A stretch of DNA of 64,000 nt from Sphyrna mokarran (taxonomy: Eukaryota): the NCBI GenBank assembly GCA_024679065.1, contig JAGIQG010000004.1, positions 54,932,001-54,996,000 of the forward strand. Direction: 5' to 3'. How positions within the stretch are numbered: position 1 is the stretch's first letter; every line of letters begins with the position of its first letter. Below the pieces are notes generated by a model, which was given only the letters and a program-made list of their open reading frames with translations, had not been told where the DNA came from and ran no database searches. Positions 11,311-23,600 of this stretch are shown piece after piece. The translations under genes and the position numbers were made by a program.

Positions 11311-11516
11311 CAGAATTATTGGAAACCAGACAGTTTAGTTCAGGAGACAGCCTTAATTGTGGGACAATTAACAAAAGCAAAACCAGAATTATTGGAAACA
11401 AGAGAAATTCGTTCAGAAGACAGTCTTAATTGTGCAACAATTAGCAAAAGAAAAACCAGAGTTATTAGAAACGAGACAGGTTAGTTCAGTAGACAGACTT
11501 AATTGTGAGACAATTA
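11311..11516 (+). repeat. 73-bp tandem repeat, about 2.8 diverged units
   Basis: Units start cagaattattggaaac at 11311 and 11384, with a diverged third start (cagagttattagaaac) at 11457. Confidence 0.9.
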
Positions 11517-12449
11517 AGGAATAATTAATTCATTAATAGAAATGCTAGGAATACCGCAAGTGTAATTTGGAAAAGAAAAATGTTATAATTATGAACAAAT
11601 CATTAACAGCTGCTAATTAATACAGTTTCTTAAAGTGCTGTGGGGAGAAAAATCTAGTGTACTTCTCAGGCCGCCGAGTAAAAAGAGATAATATGACTTC
11701 TTAATCTTATCTCGAAAGAATGAATAGGCACTTGATTAATGAGATGTTGAAAATGTGGGTAGTGAGGGAGAGACAGAGCTTTTGATGAATAAGCGTTGAA
11801 AGTTATTTTCTAAGTTTTTCGGAGTCGTCACTTCAGAACGTCGCCTTTGAAGGTGACACGAAATTTCTTCGATTGTTAAAGATAAGCTCTCTCCTCTTAT
11901 TACTATCAACGAATAGCATATTGCTATTAATTAGTACTTTGCCTTTTATCTTTCTGACGTTTTACCTTTTTCATAGTTAATAAACATGTTGTACTCGCCA
12001 TTTAGAGTGACCTTACTTCTGATATAGTTAAGTCGGTGGATTCTGATGCAATTTTTAAATGGGTGGTAATTGCAAACAAGTGATCCCCACAAATCTTAGA
12101 TCAGATAAATAACAAAAAATGTAATACTGCCTCTGCATGAAGAAGATTCCGAAGGGTACAGGAGACATCGCTTCACTCCGGACTGATTAAGAATTGCGTT
12201 GCCTTTTCCTAAAAGGCTTTGAAATAAGTTTAGTTTGAAGTCTCAACACATATATACTTCGTGTGATATCATTTATTTTATATTGTAGTCGAGAACAGCT
12301 TGCACAATATCTCTAAGCATTAGACCGTTGATTAGGCTACTTGGTGATTGCTGTTCCCACAACCATCCTGTTGTTTATTAAAAATGCTGTTAAAATCAAA
12401 GCATGTTGTGTTGATCGCTTTGGCAATAGACTAGCAAAATTGATAGTGT

Positions 12450-12802
12450 AGGCAATGGCCTAGTGGCATTATTCCTGGATTATTTATTCAGAAACTCAGT
12501 TGATGTTCTGGGGATCGGGGTTCGAATCTCGTCACGGCAGCTGGTGGACTTTGAATTCAATAAAACTTATCTGCAATTCAGAATCCTCTCATAGCTATTG
12601 CCGATTATTGGAAGACCCATCTGTTTCACTAATGCCCTGTGAGGAAGGAAATCTGCCGACCCTATCCGGACTGATCTAGATGTGACTCCAGAACCACAGC
12701 CATGTGGTTGACTCGCAACTGCTCTCTGAACGAGGGCATCTCGGCCTCGGCAATAAATGCTAGCCAGCCAGCAACTGGCTGTCGTAGGAATTAATAAAAA
12801 AA
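12450..12802 (+). mobile_element. tRNA-headed Deu-domain SINE (SacSINE1-like), near full length
   Basis: A box tggcctagtgg, B box ggttcgaatc, core cccatctgtttcactaatgccc...ggaaggaaatctgcc...atgtgactccag, A-rich tail. Confidence 0.8.
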
Positions 12803-14384
12803 ATTCTCTCGTCATTGTGCCATTCCGCTCCATAGTAGACATTAACTATAAGAAATAGAATGGTTCTGTGCGTCCACCTATGGACACAAAAGGACACGTA
12901 GTCGTGTTGTAATAATTTAAAAACTATTTAACGCAATCACAAATCGGGGTCTGGTGAATTGAAAGAAACAAGCATGGTTTATATCATATTCTCCTTGACA
13001 TACCTTATCTGCGAGATCTTCCTCTCCCTTTCCTGGTAGTTCTCGGGACCGCATGGTAGATATTATGCTGTTATTGCGGCTGACATGTCAAAAGTAATTA
13101 CATAAATTATTCTTTGTTTTTTTAAAACAAAGATGTTTATTTTTATTCACAATTGAGAAATTGAATAGGATGCATAGATATAGCTGAATGTAGAATCACA
13201 GACACATTTTATATCTTTACTGTGACCAAAGTCTACCCAAAGAACTAAACAATTAAAACAGGCATGAAAACAAAACCCAACCAAAATGGGAAAGATGTAA
13301 AGTGCACAGGGGCCTTAAACTGTTTAAATTTAAACACCATGGGCCTACTTAGAAATTAAATTACTACAACGTAACACGGCATTTCTAACTTTTGAGAGGT
13401 ACCCATTAATTGTTCCCCAGTAGACAATACCACTTCTTTTCGCGTTGTTTACGTTTCAATCAGGTAGACTTAATTTAGGTATGAAATAAATGCAGTGCAT
13501 CTCTGCCTCGCCTAATGCGTGGCGATAACTACATGTACTTTGAGTTCGGCTTTCTAATGACTCTTTGTTAACCTAATGCCTAATCCTACGTAACGAGGTG
13601 AGCCCAGATTTTGTGTCTCGAATGTATACGTGATGTTTTCAAACAAATGCACAATCCACTTTGGACATTATAATTACAGTTTTGGGAATGACGAGCTGAT
13701 CCCGAGATTCGTTTTTAGTTTTCACAAAATATGTATATTTCAAGTGACTCCTGATATCGGAACTACCGCCATTGCCGTCAGACGTGGAATAAAATTCAGC
13801 ATGAATCTCATTGTGGTCATAGCGTACTATGCTTCTCATCAGTGTTACTGGGAACTCGCTAATGTTTTCAGAGTAACAGGCTCTATATTAATGTTTTAGA
13901 TCCCGAGACCATGAAAAGATAGCTCAACTCGACGCAACATTTTTAAACATTCTGAAAGTTTCGAGGTTCCAGCGTTGTTGGAGTAGTGCTTAACCTCATT
14001 CCATTCTGAACATGCAAGTGTTCCGTTGGAGTATTGTTCTTTCAAAACTTGTTAGAAATGCCATGGAGACTTTCCATGTTTAATAAAACTGATGTGGTGC
14101 GGTTTCTCCCAAATAATCCACGTTACACGTTTGGGCTTTGTTTCACTATACCGGTTATTTCTTCTACGAACCAACGCGAGTAATACTTCCAGCAGTTCTA
14201 GTTATAGATGTTTTGTTTCTTATGGGCTGTTACGATTTTCCAGTGAGCAATTTAAATGTCAATCATGGAACAGTTGACAACAGTTCCACAGTGATTCAGA
14301 AAGTTTTTAGTTCAAGCCGTACAGTATAGTTCTGAAGGAACGATTCATAGTTGTGTCTGTTGCCTTTCGGACGCAGCTTCATAC

Positions 14385-14705
14385 TAAGGCCCCGCCTGCT
14401 GGAAGTCGCTCGAAAAGAATTCCTAAACATGATGTGCTTCACCTCCCTTGCCCTGTGGAACGCAGGTGGTGGGAATGCCAGGAAAGAAGTGGCAAAGTCA
14501 ATCAAAAGTGAAAGTAGATAACCATTTGGGCCTGCAGCTTATGCACCTCGTGGAAAGCATGACAAACGCTGCTCTCATCATTACGCACCGGGCTGGGTAC
14601 AACGTCAAGCGCACCGCCCTCAGCAAGGTCCGTCACTTGAGGAAAGTCAGTTCAAGGAAATTGGCGGTAGTGACGTAATCCGTGTATGGAAATAAAGAAC
14701 GGTAC
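14385..14705. promoter_or_regulatory. Candidate enhancer/promoter-like motif cluster, present only in copy A
   Basis: CpG-enriched unique DNA with CCCCGCC, GGAAGT (14401), AAAAGTGAAAGT (14504-14515, IRF/PRDM1-type), TGACGTAA (14671) and TGGAAA. Motif-level evidence only. Confidence 0.3.
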
Positions 14706-14740
14706 GCCGCCAGGATGCACTTCTGGATTCTAAACTATCT

Positions 14741-15252
14741 TGGTTTCCTTATCTGAGGAAGGATGGCTTGCTATAGACGGAATACATCGAAGGTTTACCA
14801 GGCTGATCCCTAGGATGGTAGATTCATGAGGAGAGGTTAAGTTGCATAGGATTATATTCACTAAGAAGAGTGAGATGGGATCTCAGAGAAACCTATACAA
14901 TTCTAACAGGGTTAGGCAGGGTAGCTTCAGAAAGAATGTTCCAAATGGTGACGGCGTTCAGAACGAGGGGCCGTAGTTGTAGGATGATGGTAAATTTTCC
15001 AGAACTGAGCTGAGACAGAATTTTTTCATCCAGAGAGCGGCGAATGTGTAGTATTCACTAGCACAGAAGATAGATGAGGTCAAAACCTTCTCTGATCTCG
15101 AGGAGAAATTTCAGACAGCTCTGAGGCCTAAAGGAATCGAGGATATGAGGGAAGTTGGGTTCAGGATATCGAATTCGATGATCTGCCATGATCAAAATGA
15201 ATGAAGGAGCAAGCTCGAATGGCATACTTCTGCTTCTGGTTTTTATGCTTCT
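14741..15252 (+). mobile_element. Decayed CR1 LINE 3' fragment
   Basis: Remnant RRFTRLIP/GDL.ETY coding pattern and CR1-type tail. Copy B retains only its 3' part (56391-56685). Confidence 0.75.
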
Positions 15253-15489
15253 ACCTTATCAGTAAATTGACTGACATTTCCAAGGGCGTTAATGGTTGTC
15301 TATTGGCGCTTAAAATTCCTGCATGACAGCAAACAAGTAACTTCCATCGATGTTTCCACTCTCGCATAACCAACTCTGATGAAGCTACCAGGATATTATA
15401 CTTCTTGCTTATTGCTATTCCAAAATAAGTTTATCATTCTTTCTTGGTACGCTTCAGGGGTTGAGCAGATCGACGGGCAGGGAACGTTT

Positions 15490-16370
15490 AATCGAAGAAG
15501 ACGGTCATTTGCAACGTAAATTGTTTCTTCTTGCTGAAGGCACCTGCTGAAAATCGTTCGGAATCATCAAGTTTTCCGCCTCTCTGATCACAAAGTGCTG
15601 TCTTATTTGCACCCTGCTCCTTGCATTAACATCTACTCCTCTAGGTCACAAATAATTGCTTGCAACGAATGACCACCGTTTTCCGCATCCATTAGATGCC
15701 CCAAGATCGTATTTCGCGATTTCATGTTTGTTGATGACAGTGCACGAACTGCCAGATCCGATCTTGACACCCATCGTAGATGCGCATATACTCTATCGCA
15801 CGTGACGATGTTGGTCTTATGATCAGCATAAGGAAAACCGAAGCAACGTATCAGCTTGTTCCAGCGAAACTCTATCTCAAGTTCGGTAGTCCACAGTGGT
15901 TCAATTATCTTGACTGCACTCTCCCTCGCTGCCCCCGCTCCCTTCGTTTTCGATTATACAAAACGCCTGCAAGAATTGTAAAAGCACTTCTGTAACCATT
16001 AAAACACCACGAACAGCAGTCATGTTATGAAGACGAGCAGTCTGAAATTCTATGGAGCAATGATCCTCTCTCTGCAGGCCTTGGCGCTGGAAATTGTACC
16101 TCCACCATGCCAAAAAGTTCGACGGCTTTAACTTGAGTTATATTCGGAAGCTTCTGAAGATTGGATAGTCATGCAATATACCAGAGAGTGATTGGTTGAC
16201 CCGAGTTTGTATATGTCAAACATCCGCACAACAGAAGTCACAACTGAATTAAGTCGATCTGATTGCCAGAACGCCTAATACTCGTTCATCGAAGTTAATC
16301 TTCTATGGAGATCTTGAGTAAATGGATTCCCACAGTCAAAGGAACAGCTACTAGGACATTCCGAAGACTT
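15490..16370. mobile_element. Decayed RTE-clade LINE fragments (endonuclease-like piece on -, RT C-terminal piece on +)
   Basis: GLMISIRKTEATYQ and FNYLDCTL on +. The paralog shows IAKYGLGASN and ENLMILN on - (ORF 56921..57394). Confidence 0.55.
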
Positions 16371-16477
16371 TGGCACATTTTATGATAGGCTCTAACATTC
16401 TCCCAATAACAAAAAGTAAGTAAATTAACAAACTAACCTTACTGACTGGACTTGTCCCACGAGTATCTGAAAACTTC

Positions 16478-17505
16478 GACGGCTCCTCAGGGGGAAGTAG
16501 TAAATATCAGCATACCTTTCCTTTGATAAGAGGACCAAAACTGTTCTTAGTATTCCTCTTGTTGTCTGCCTGGTGATTTGTATACTTTTAGCCAGACTTC
16601 CCTTCTTCACGCATATTTAAAATAAAAATGAACAATCCATTTGCCTTGTCAATTACTTCCTGAACATTCAGGCAAGCTTTTTGTGATTTATGCCCAAGGA
16701 CACCCAAATCCCTCTGAGTTGCAGCTTTCTGCAGCCATTCTTCATTTAGACAACATTTGGGTGCTTTATTCTTCCGGCTAACGTGCATAAATTAACATCC
16801 TTCTACATTGTGCTCCAAATTTTTGGCCCACTGACTTAAGCTATCTGTATCCTCTGTACACTATTTATGTCATCCACAACACTTGTCTTTCCATCTGTTT
16901 TGTGTCATTAGCAAATCTGATAATAGTACAATTACTTTGCTCATCCATGTCACTGATATATATTGTAAATAATTGTGGTCCCAGCACTGATCCTTGTGAC
17001 ACTCCACCAGTTATATGTTACTATCATGAAAATGTCCCTCTTATTCCAAATCACTATCTTCCCGTAGGTCACGAATCCTCTATCCATGCTCATACACTTA
17101 CCCGACACAATGGAACCTTATATGAAATAGCATTATGTGCAGTATCTTATCGATTTTTTTTGTAAATTCAAGTATACTACATATAATGGTTCCTCTTAAT
17201 TAATTCTGCTCAAAGAATTGTAATTAATTTTTCAGGAATATTTTCCCCTTCACAAAGTCAAAACTGACTCTGCTTTCTTATGTTATTCATCCCTAAACCC
17301 TCTGCTAAAACATATTTTATGATAGGCTCTAACATTGTCCCAGTAACAAATATTAAGCTAACTAACTTATACTCATCTGATTTTCTTCTCTTTCCTTTTA
17401 GAATGGTGTTTTATTTGCAGTTTTTCCATCCTCAGGGAATTTTCCAGGAGCGTAAGAATCTTGGAAACTTAGAACCAATGCACTTACTGTTCTGTCGTTA
17501 CTTCC
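16478..17505 (-). mobile_element. Old CR1 LINE RT fragment
   Basis: QRDLGVL remnant and gtgtcacaaggatcagtgctgggaccacaa (VSQGSVLGPQ) on -. Confidence 0.75.
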
Positions 17506-18359
17506 TTTAATGTCTATTTCCCTTCAAGGGCTTCGGCCGCTGGCAGGCAACGCCTCCGTTCCCCAATTAATTTCTCCTTTGCCCCACAACTTATTTGTCA
17601 GAACGAATGGTTAGCACATTCATACTGCAGTGTGAAATCGATGCTCTTTCCCACGCTTTGTCACAATTGAAGTTAAGTTCGCAACAGTATACTTCTAGTT
17701 GGGTCAATCAAGGTTACACCTACGCTCCTCTTCCATATCAAAAATCAATCTACTTTGTTCTTAAATAAAAAATAAATTCTATGCTCACTCTTATCGTAGG
17801 ACCGCATTGCGTGGTTCTTTTGTGCGTCAGCATAATGCTTATAATGCATCATTTAATAATTTGACTGTTAATTTCTGTAGTTGTGAGCACTCAGTATATG
17901 GCGAACAGTTGAGGTGGAAAACATTAATGGAAAGCACGGAATGAGAGTAATGGTGAATGTATCGTCAGCCTTAATGTAATGACGTGGCGAATGGGGATAA
18001 ACGGCTTACACGGCTGCCTCTATGAGAAGGATAAATTGCTTCTGCCGTCATTTTAAGGCATCTTAAGAGGAACGAGCTTGTGAGTGAGTGGCGTTTTTCC
18101 ATGGCATTTTTACAAACGGTTATTAACTTCGGTAATATGAGTGTACTTGCACATGTTTCTTGGTCTAGAGCATCTGCTCAACCCCTTTCAGGGATAAGGA
18201 GAAAACGTTGAGCCCATTATAATCGTCATTTTTCAATTCTATTGTCCCGGTTTGTGTTACCACGACAATACACGAGTAACACGCTGGAGTGTACTGCAGG
18301 GCTTCCTCGCATTTACTGAACAGGGTTGAATGTTGAATCTTGAACTTTGTGAGCAAAGA

Positions 18360-19180
18360 ATCGTGGAATCATACATTGAAGAGGCCCTGCTGCCCATTGA
18401 GCCTGCACCTGAATTACCTGAACTCCCACCTAATCTCATCAGTCGGCACTTGATCCATAGCCCTGAATGCTATGACGTGCCAACCGTTCATCCAGGTGCA
18501 TTTTAAAGTACGTGAAGCAACCTGCCTTGCCACCCTCCCAGGCAGTGCATTCCAAGTCGTCACTATCCTCTGGGTAAAAAAAACCTTTCCTCACATCCCC
18601 CCTAAATATCCTGCCCCTCATCTTGAACCTATGTCTTCTTGTGACTGACCCTTCAACTAACGGGAACAGCTGATCTCCACCCATTTTGTCCATGCCCTTC
18701 ATTATCCTGTACATCTCAATTAAGTCGCCCCTCCGTCATCTCTGCTCCAACGAAAATAATCGAAGCCTGTCCATCCTCCTTCATAACGTAAATGTTGCAT
18801 TTCAGGCAGCATTCTAGTGAATCTCCTCTGCACCCCCTCGAGTGAAATCAAATCTTCCTGTATTGGTGACCAGAACTGCACACAGTACTCTAGCTGTGGT
18901 CTCATCAAAATTCTATGCAACTCTCAGATCACTTTCCTGTTTTTGTAATCTATGCCTCGATTGATAAAGGCAACTGTCCCATTTCAATTTTCACCACCTT
19001 ACAAATATGCCCTTCCTGAGAATAAACACGGCAAAGTTCCTTCGTTCCACAGAACTTCCTGGCGTCGACCATTCATCAAATGTTTCCTTATCAAATTATT
19101 CTATCTAATGTGTATTCCCTTACACTTTTCAGGGTTAAATTCCATCTGCCACTTACCTGCCCATTTGATAATTCCATCTA
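18360..19180 (-). mobile_element. CR1 LINE 3' fragment
   Basis: RPQLEYCVQFWSP, VQRRFTRMLP and QLFPLVEGSVTRRHRFK in ORFs 18720..18920 and 18439..18714. Confidence 0.88.
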
Positions 19181-19188
19181 TGTACGTG

Positions 19189-20370
19189 AATGGACGAAGG
19201 TAGATCAGTTGATGTCATATACATGGATTTTAGTAAGGCGTTTGATAAGGTTCCCCATGGTAGGCTCATGAAGAAGATAAGGATATGTGGGATAGAAGGA
19301 AATTTGGCCGATTGGATAAGTAACTGGCTGTATCATAGAAGACAGAGGGTGGTGGAAGGAAATTTTTCAGAGAGGAGGCCAGTTACTAGCAGTGTAACAC
19401 AAGGGTCAGTGCTGGGTCCTCTGCTATTTGTGACTTGGAAGAAGGGGCTGAAGGGCGGGTTAGTAAATTTCCTGACGGTACCAGATCGGTGGAGTAGTGG
19501 ATGATGTGGAGGTTTCTTGCAGGCTGCAAAGATACATTGATAGGATGCAGAGCTGGGCTGAAAAGTGGCAGAAGGAGTTTAACTCTGATAGATGTGAAGT
19601 GATTTATTTCGCTAGGACAAACTTGAATGCAGATTACAGGATCAAGGGCAGAATTCTAAAGAATGTGGAGGAACAAAGAGATCTTGGGGTTCATATCCAC
19701 AGATCTCTGACGATTGCCACTCAAGTGGATAGAGCTGTGAAGAAGGGTTTTAGTATATTAGCATTTATTAATAAGGGCTTTGAGTTTAAGAGCCATGGGA
19801 TTATGCTGCAACTACACTGGATGTTGGTAGGACCACGTTTGGAATATTGTGTTCAGATCTGGTCACCTCATATAAAAACGATGTGGAAACATTGGAGAAA
19901 GTGCAGAGGAGATTTACCAGAATGCTGCCTGGTTTGGAGTGTAGGGCTTTTGAGGAAAGGTTGGGGGAGCTGTGGCTTTTGCCTTTGGAACGGAGGAGGA
20001 TGAGAGCCGACTTAATAGAGGTTTATAAGATGATGAGAGGGATTGATAGAGTGGACGTGCAGAGACGATTTGCTCGGGTGGATGTAACTGTTAATCGGGA
20101 GCATGACTATAAGGTTCATGGTGGGAGGTTTAGGAAGGATGTTCGAGGTAGACTCTTTACTCAGATAGTGGTTGGGGTGTGGAATAGACTGCCTGCTGTG
20201 ATAGTGGAGACGGACTCTTTAGGAACTTTCAAGCAATTATTGGATAGGCACATAGAGCACACCACAATAATAGAGGATAACTGCATCTTGGGATTGGACA
20301 TAACTTGGCATAACACTGAGGGCCGAAGAGCCTGTACTGTGCTGTAATCTTCTATGTTCTATGTTCTATA
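19189..20370 (+). mobile_element. CR1 LINE RT fragment, frameshifted
   Basis: [47 protein letters not shown]. Tail gggccgaagagcctgtactgtgctgt followed by (tatgttc)n. Confidence 0.92.
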
Positions 20371-20379
20371 TCTTCTTAT

Positions 20380-23300
20380 AAGTAGTTAGCTTCGCTGCTA
20401 ACCACCTGACAAATCTTTGTGACATCTGCAAACTTCTTAATGCTTCCCCACGAAGTCCTCTATGCAATTTCCGTAAGCGACAGATAATATAGGACCCTCA
20501 CGGATCCCTGTGGAATGCAAATCGACTATGGCTTCCAATCACTAAAGCAGCCTTCTGCCATCTCTCTTATACAATATATTCAATTCTGAATCCACTTTAT
20601 CAACTTGTCCTGTATCTCATATACATTTACCTCTTTAAAAGTCTCTCATATGGAACATTGTCAACAGCTTTGCTGAAATCCATTTTAACTCCGTCAACAG
20701 CACTACCCACGTATAAACACCTGGTAACCACCTCAAAAAATTCCATCACATTTATTAAGCATGAACCCCCTGATGAAGCAACAAAGATTATCCAAGCAGA
20801 CATAGATACTCGCTTTCAGAATTTTCTCCAAAGGTTTCCCCTGCCAATGACATAAGGCTCACTGACGGATAGTTATTTGCATTATCTTAACAACCCTTCT
20901 TAAGTATTGGAACCACATTCGTTGTTCTCCAGTCATCTGACAACTCCCCTGTGGCCAGAAAGGAATTGAACATTTGGGTCAGAGCTCCTGTAATCTCCTC
21001 CCTTGTCTCCCAAAGCAGCCTAAGGCTCAATCCATCGGGGTCTGGAGATTTATTCTCTTTTAAGGCTACCAATACTTCCAATACCTTGTCCTTTCCTATG
21101 TCAATTTGCTGAAGAACCTCACAGTCGCTTTCCCTGAATCCCATGCCGTCGTCCTCATTGCCTTGAGTGACAATGAATTCATTCAAACTCCACCAATGTC
21201 CTCTGGTACCACCTATGATTGCCCTCTTGGGCCCCACTCTTTCTCTCGTTAACATCTTCCCATTGATATTATTGTGAATATCTTGAGATTTTCTCTTCTT
21301 TTACCAGACTGAAATTTCTCACACTTCCTTGATTCTTTCCTAATTGCTTCCATAAACTCTAACTCGCACTTCCCATATCTCACGAATGTTTCCACTGATT
21401 TACTCCCCTTCTACTTCTTAAAAGGCTTTCTTTTCCTTCTCATTGTATTGTGAATTTCTCTGGTCATCCATGGTTCTGTTGGCTTTTTATGCCTTCCTGT
21501 CACCCTACGTAGAGCATGCAGGACCTGCAGCCTCCCCATTTCATTTTTGAATGCTTCCTCCCCGCCCCACTGCTCTTCAGAAGATTTTGTCATTAGTTGT
21601 CTATCTTTCCCAGTGTACCTTGGCTAGATCTTGAACAATTTTACTAAAATCCAGTCTTGTCAATCTAAAACCTTTTTTTGCAGCTTGTTTATTTCCTTCT
21701 ACATAACAAGTTTGAGTTGTACCATGTTGTGACCTCTATCACTAAAGTGCTCCCCCACCAGTTCCTCAACGTCTTGTTCGGCTTAATTCCACATAATTGG
21801 ATCTAGTGTAGAACCTTCCCTTGTTGAACACTCTACATATTGAATTGCAAAGCTCTCCTGCACGTATTTCAAGTAATTTATTCTATCCAAGCCCTTAACT
21901 CTATGTATATTCCATTTAATGTTGGGAAAGTTAAAATCACCTAGATAATAACCATATTGATATTGTTTTTCACATATCCGCAGCTTGAGCACACATTTTC
22001 TCCCCAATACCCCTCTCATATCTGCGGGTCTATAACAACGACCTAACAATGTGGCTGTCCCTGTTCTATTCTTAAGCTCTGCCCATAAATTTTCATCAGA
22101 TCCCCTTTCCAAAATTGGTTTCTTAGTTAATCATGCAATGCCTCCTCCTCTTTTATCTTCTCCCCTGTTCGATCTGAAGACCCTATATCCCAGATGTTGA
22201 GTTGCCAATCGTGCCCTTCCTTCAATCATGTCCCTTCGATGACCACTGCATTACATTATGTATGTGCTAATCAACTCAACCGAATCAACCGATTCAAGGC
22301 CAGCTACTTTGCTGTTACGATCAGACTTTTGAATGGGACCTATCTCATACTGAGTTACTCAGAATTTACATCCTAGCCATGACTGTAATACTACATTTTA
22401 TACCCTTTCCTTTCCTTCTTTACGTACGATATGCTTTACTTGTATAGCATGCAGCAAATAATACTTTTCATTGTACAATAACACATATGGCAATAGTAAA
22501 CTTAATCAAAATTATCAAGTTCAATTCATCCGTTTTAACTGCAATTCTCCTGGCGTTAAAGTAGAGACCATCCAACCTGGCCTTACTTACTTGAAAATTA
22601 ATACAGCTGCAACCCCTTGACTTGATTGTTTTACTGTATGATTTGGTGCCCTTATTCTGTGCCTAACCACACCCCCCACCACCACCACTCTCCGCGCACC
22701 CTTATCCCCACTACATTAATTTTAACTCCGCCCAACAATACTGGCAAGAATGTTAGTTCCAGTCTGATTCAGATATAGAACGCCCATTTGTACAGGTTCT
22801 ACCTTTCCCATAAATTGTCCCAGTGATCCAGGAGGCTAAAATCCTTATTCTGCACCAACTCTTAAGCCACGTATTAATCTGCACCGTCCTACTATTTCTG
22901 TGTTCGCTACCTCATGGCATTCCGATTTCATCCTGAGAAGTCTTGCTTTTTAATCCAATGCCTAACTCCCTGAATACTTAATGCAAGACCTCACCCCTCT
23001 TTCTATTATTGGTACCAATATGTACCATGACCTCGGACTAATCACTCTTCCCCTTCGATACACTACACCTGTTCAGTCACATCACGGACCCTAGCAGTAG
23101 GGAGGCCACCTATCATCCTGGAGTCACATTGATGGATACATAAGTGCCTATCTCTCACGGGTTTATAGAATCCCCTATTAGCATTCTGCTGCTACAGTCC
23201 CTTTCCCCTCCTGCACAGATAGACTGTTTGTGGTCTCAGAAGCTTGGCTCTGCCAACGCCACCTGGAGGAACCAGCGCCCTCATCAGGCTCCAAAAAAGA

Positions 23301-23600
23301 ATGCCGATTGCAAGCGAGATACTCGGGGACTCCTGAACGACCTGCCTACATCTCTTCGACTGCCTGATGATCACCCATTCCCTTCCTTCCTCAAATTCCT
23401 TCAGCTGCAGTGCAACCACCTTCCAAAATGTGCTATTCACAGTGTTCTGAGAATCGCGGGTGCTCCACGATGTCTCCAGCTTCGGTTCCATCACTGAAAC
23501 CCGAGATTTAAGTATCTGCAGCTGCACACTTTTCAGCACACATGCTGGCCACCGGCACTGAAAATGTGTTCGGCCTCCCACATGGAGAAAAAGAGCAAAC
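20380..23600 (-). mobile_element. Decayed long CR1 LINE with ORF1, endonuclease and RT remnants
   Basis: KSPDPDGL..RLLWE..DWRTTNVVPILKKG, LGDFNFPNIKW (APE) and ORF1-like LQILKSRVS..EWVIIRQSKRCRQVVQESP (23192..23581). Confidence 0.85.
22287..22510 (+). mobile_element. 3' tail of a Rex1-like LINE nested in the CR1
   Basis: NRFKASYF...IRLLNG remnant and a tail resembling 42590-42790. Confidence 0.5.

Larger units (their letters stand above)
1..21985 (+). repeat. Segmental duplication, copy A (continues past the window start)
   Basis: Colinear with 43236-64000 throughout, including introns and old LINE/SINE insertions. Roughly 84-93% identity outside the Ig exons by spot counts. Confidence 0.97.

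Noticed and set aside
11311-11516. CRISPR-like array
   Set aside because: Whole units are repeated with no unique spacers, and the context is eukaryotic
12450-12540. tRNA gene (A/B boxes)
   Set aside because: It is the tRNA-derived head of a SINE, continuous with the SINE core and tail, with no intact cloverleaf
13004-13079. Splice-flanked segment (cag|CCGCAAT...GATAAG|GTATGT, minus strand) as a coding exon
   Set aside because: The paralog (55478-55562) has an in-frame TGA, and I could not link it to other exons. It may be a non-coding exon or chance.
18360-20370. Twin-primed (5'-inverted) single LINE insertion
   Set aside because: The two opposed pieces both cover the same RT C-terminus and each has its own 3' tail, so they are independent insertions
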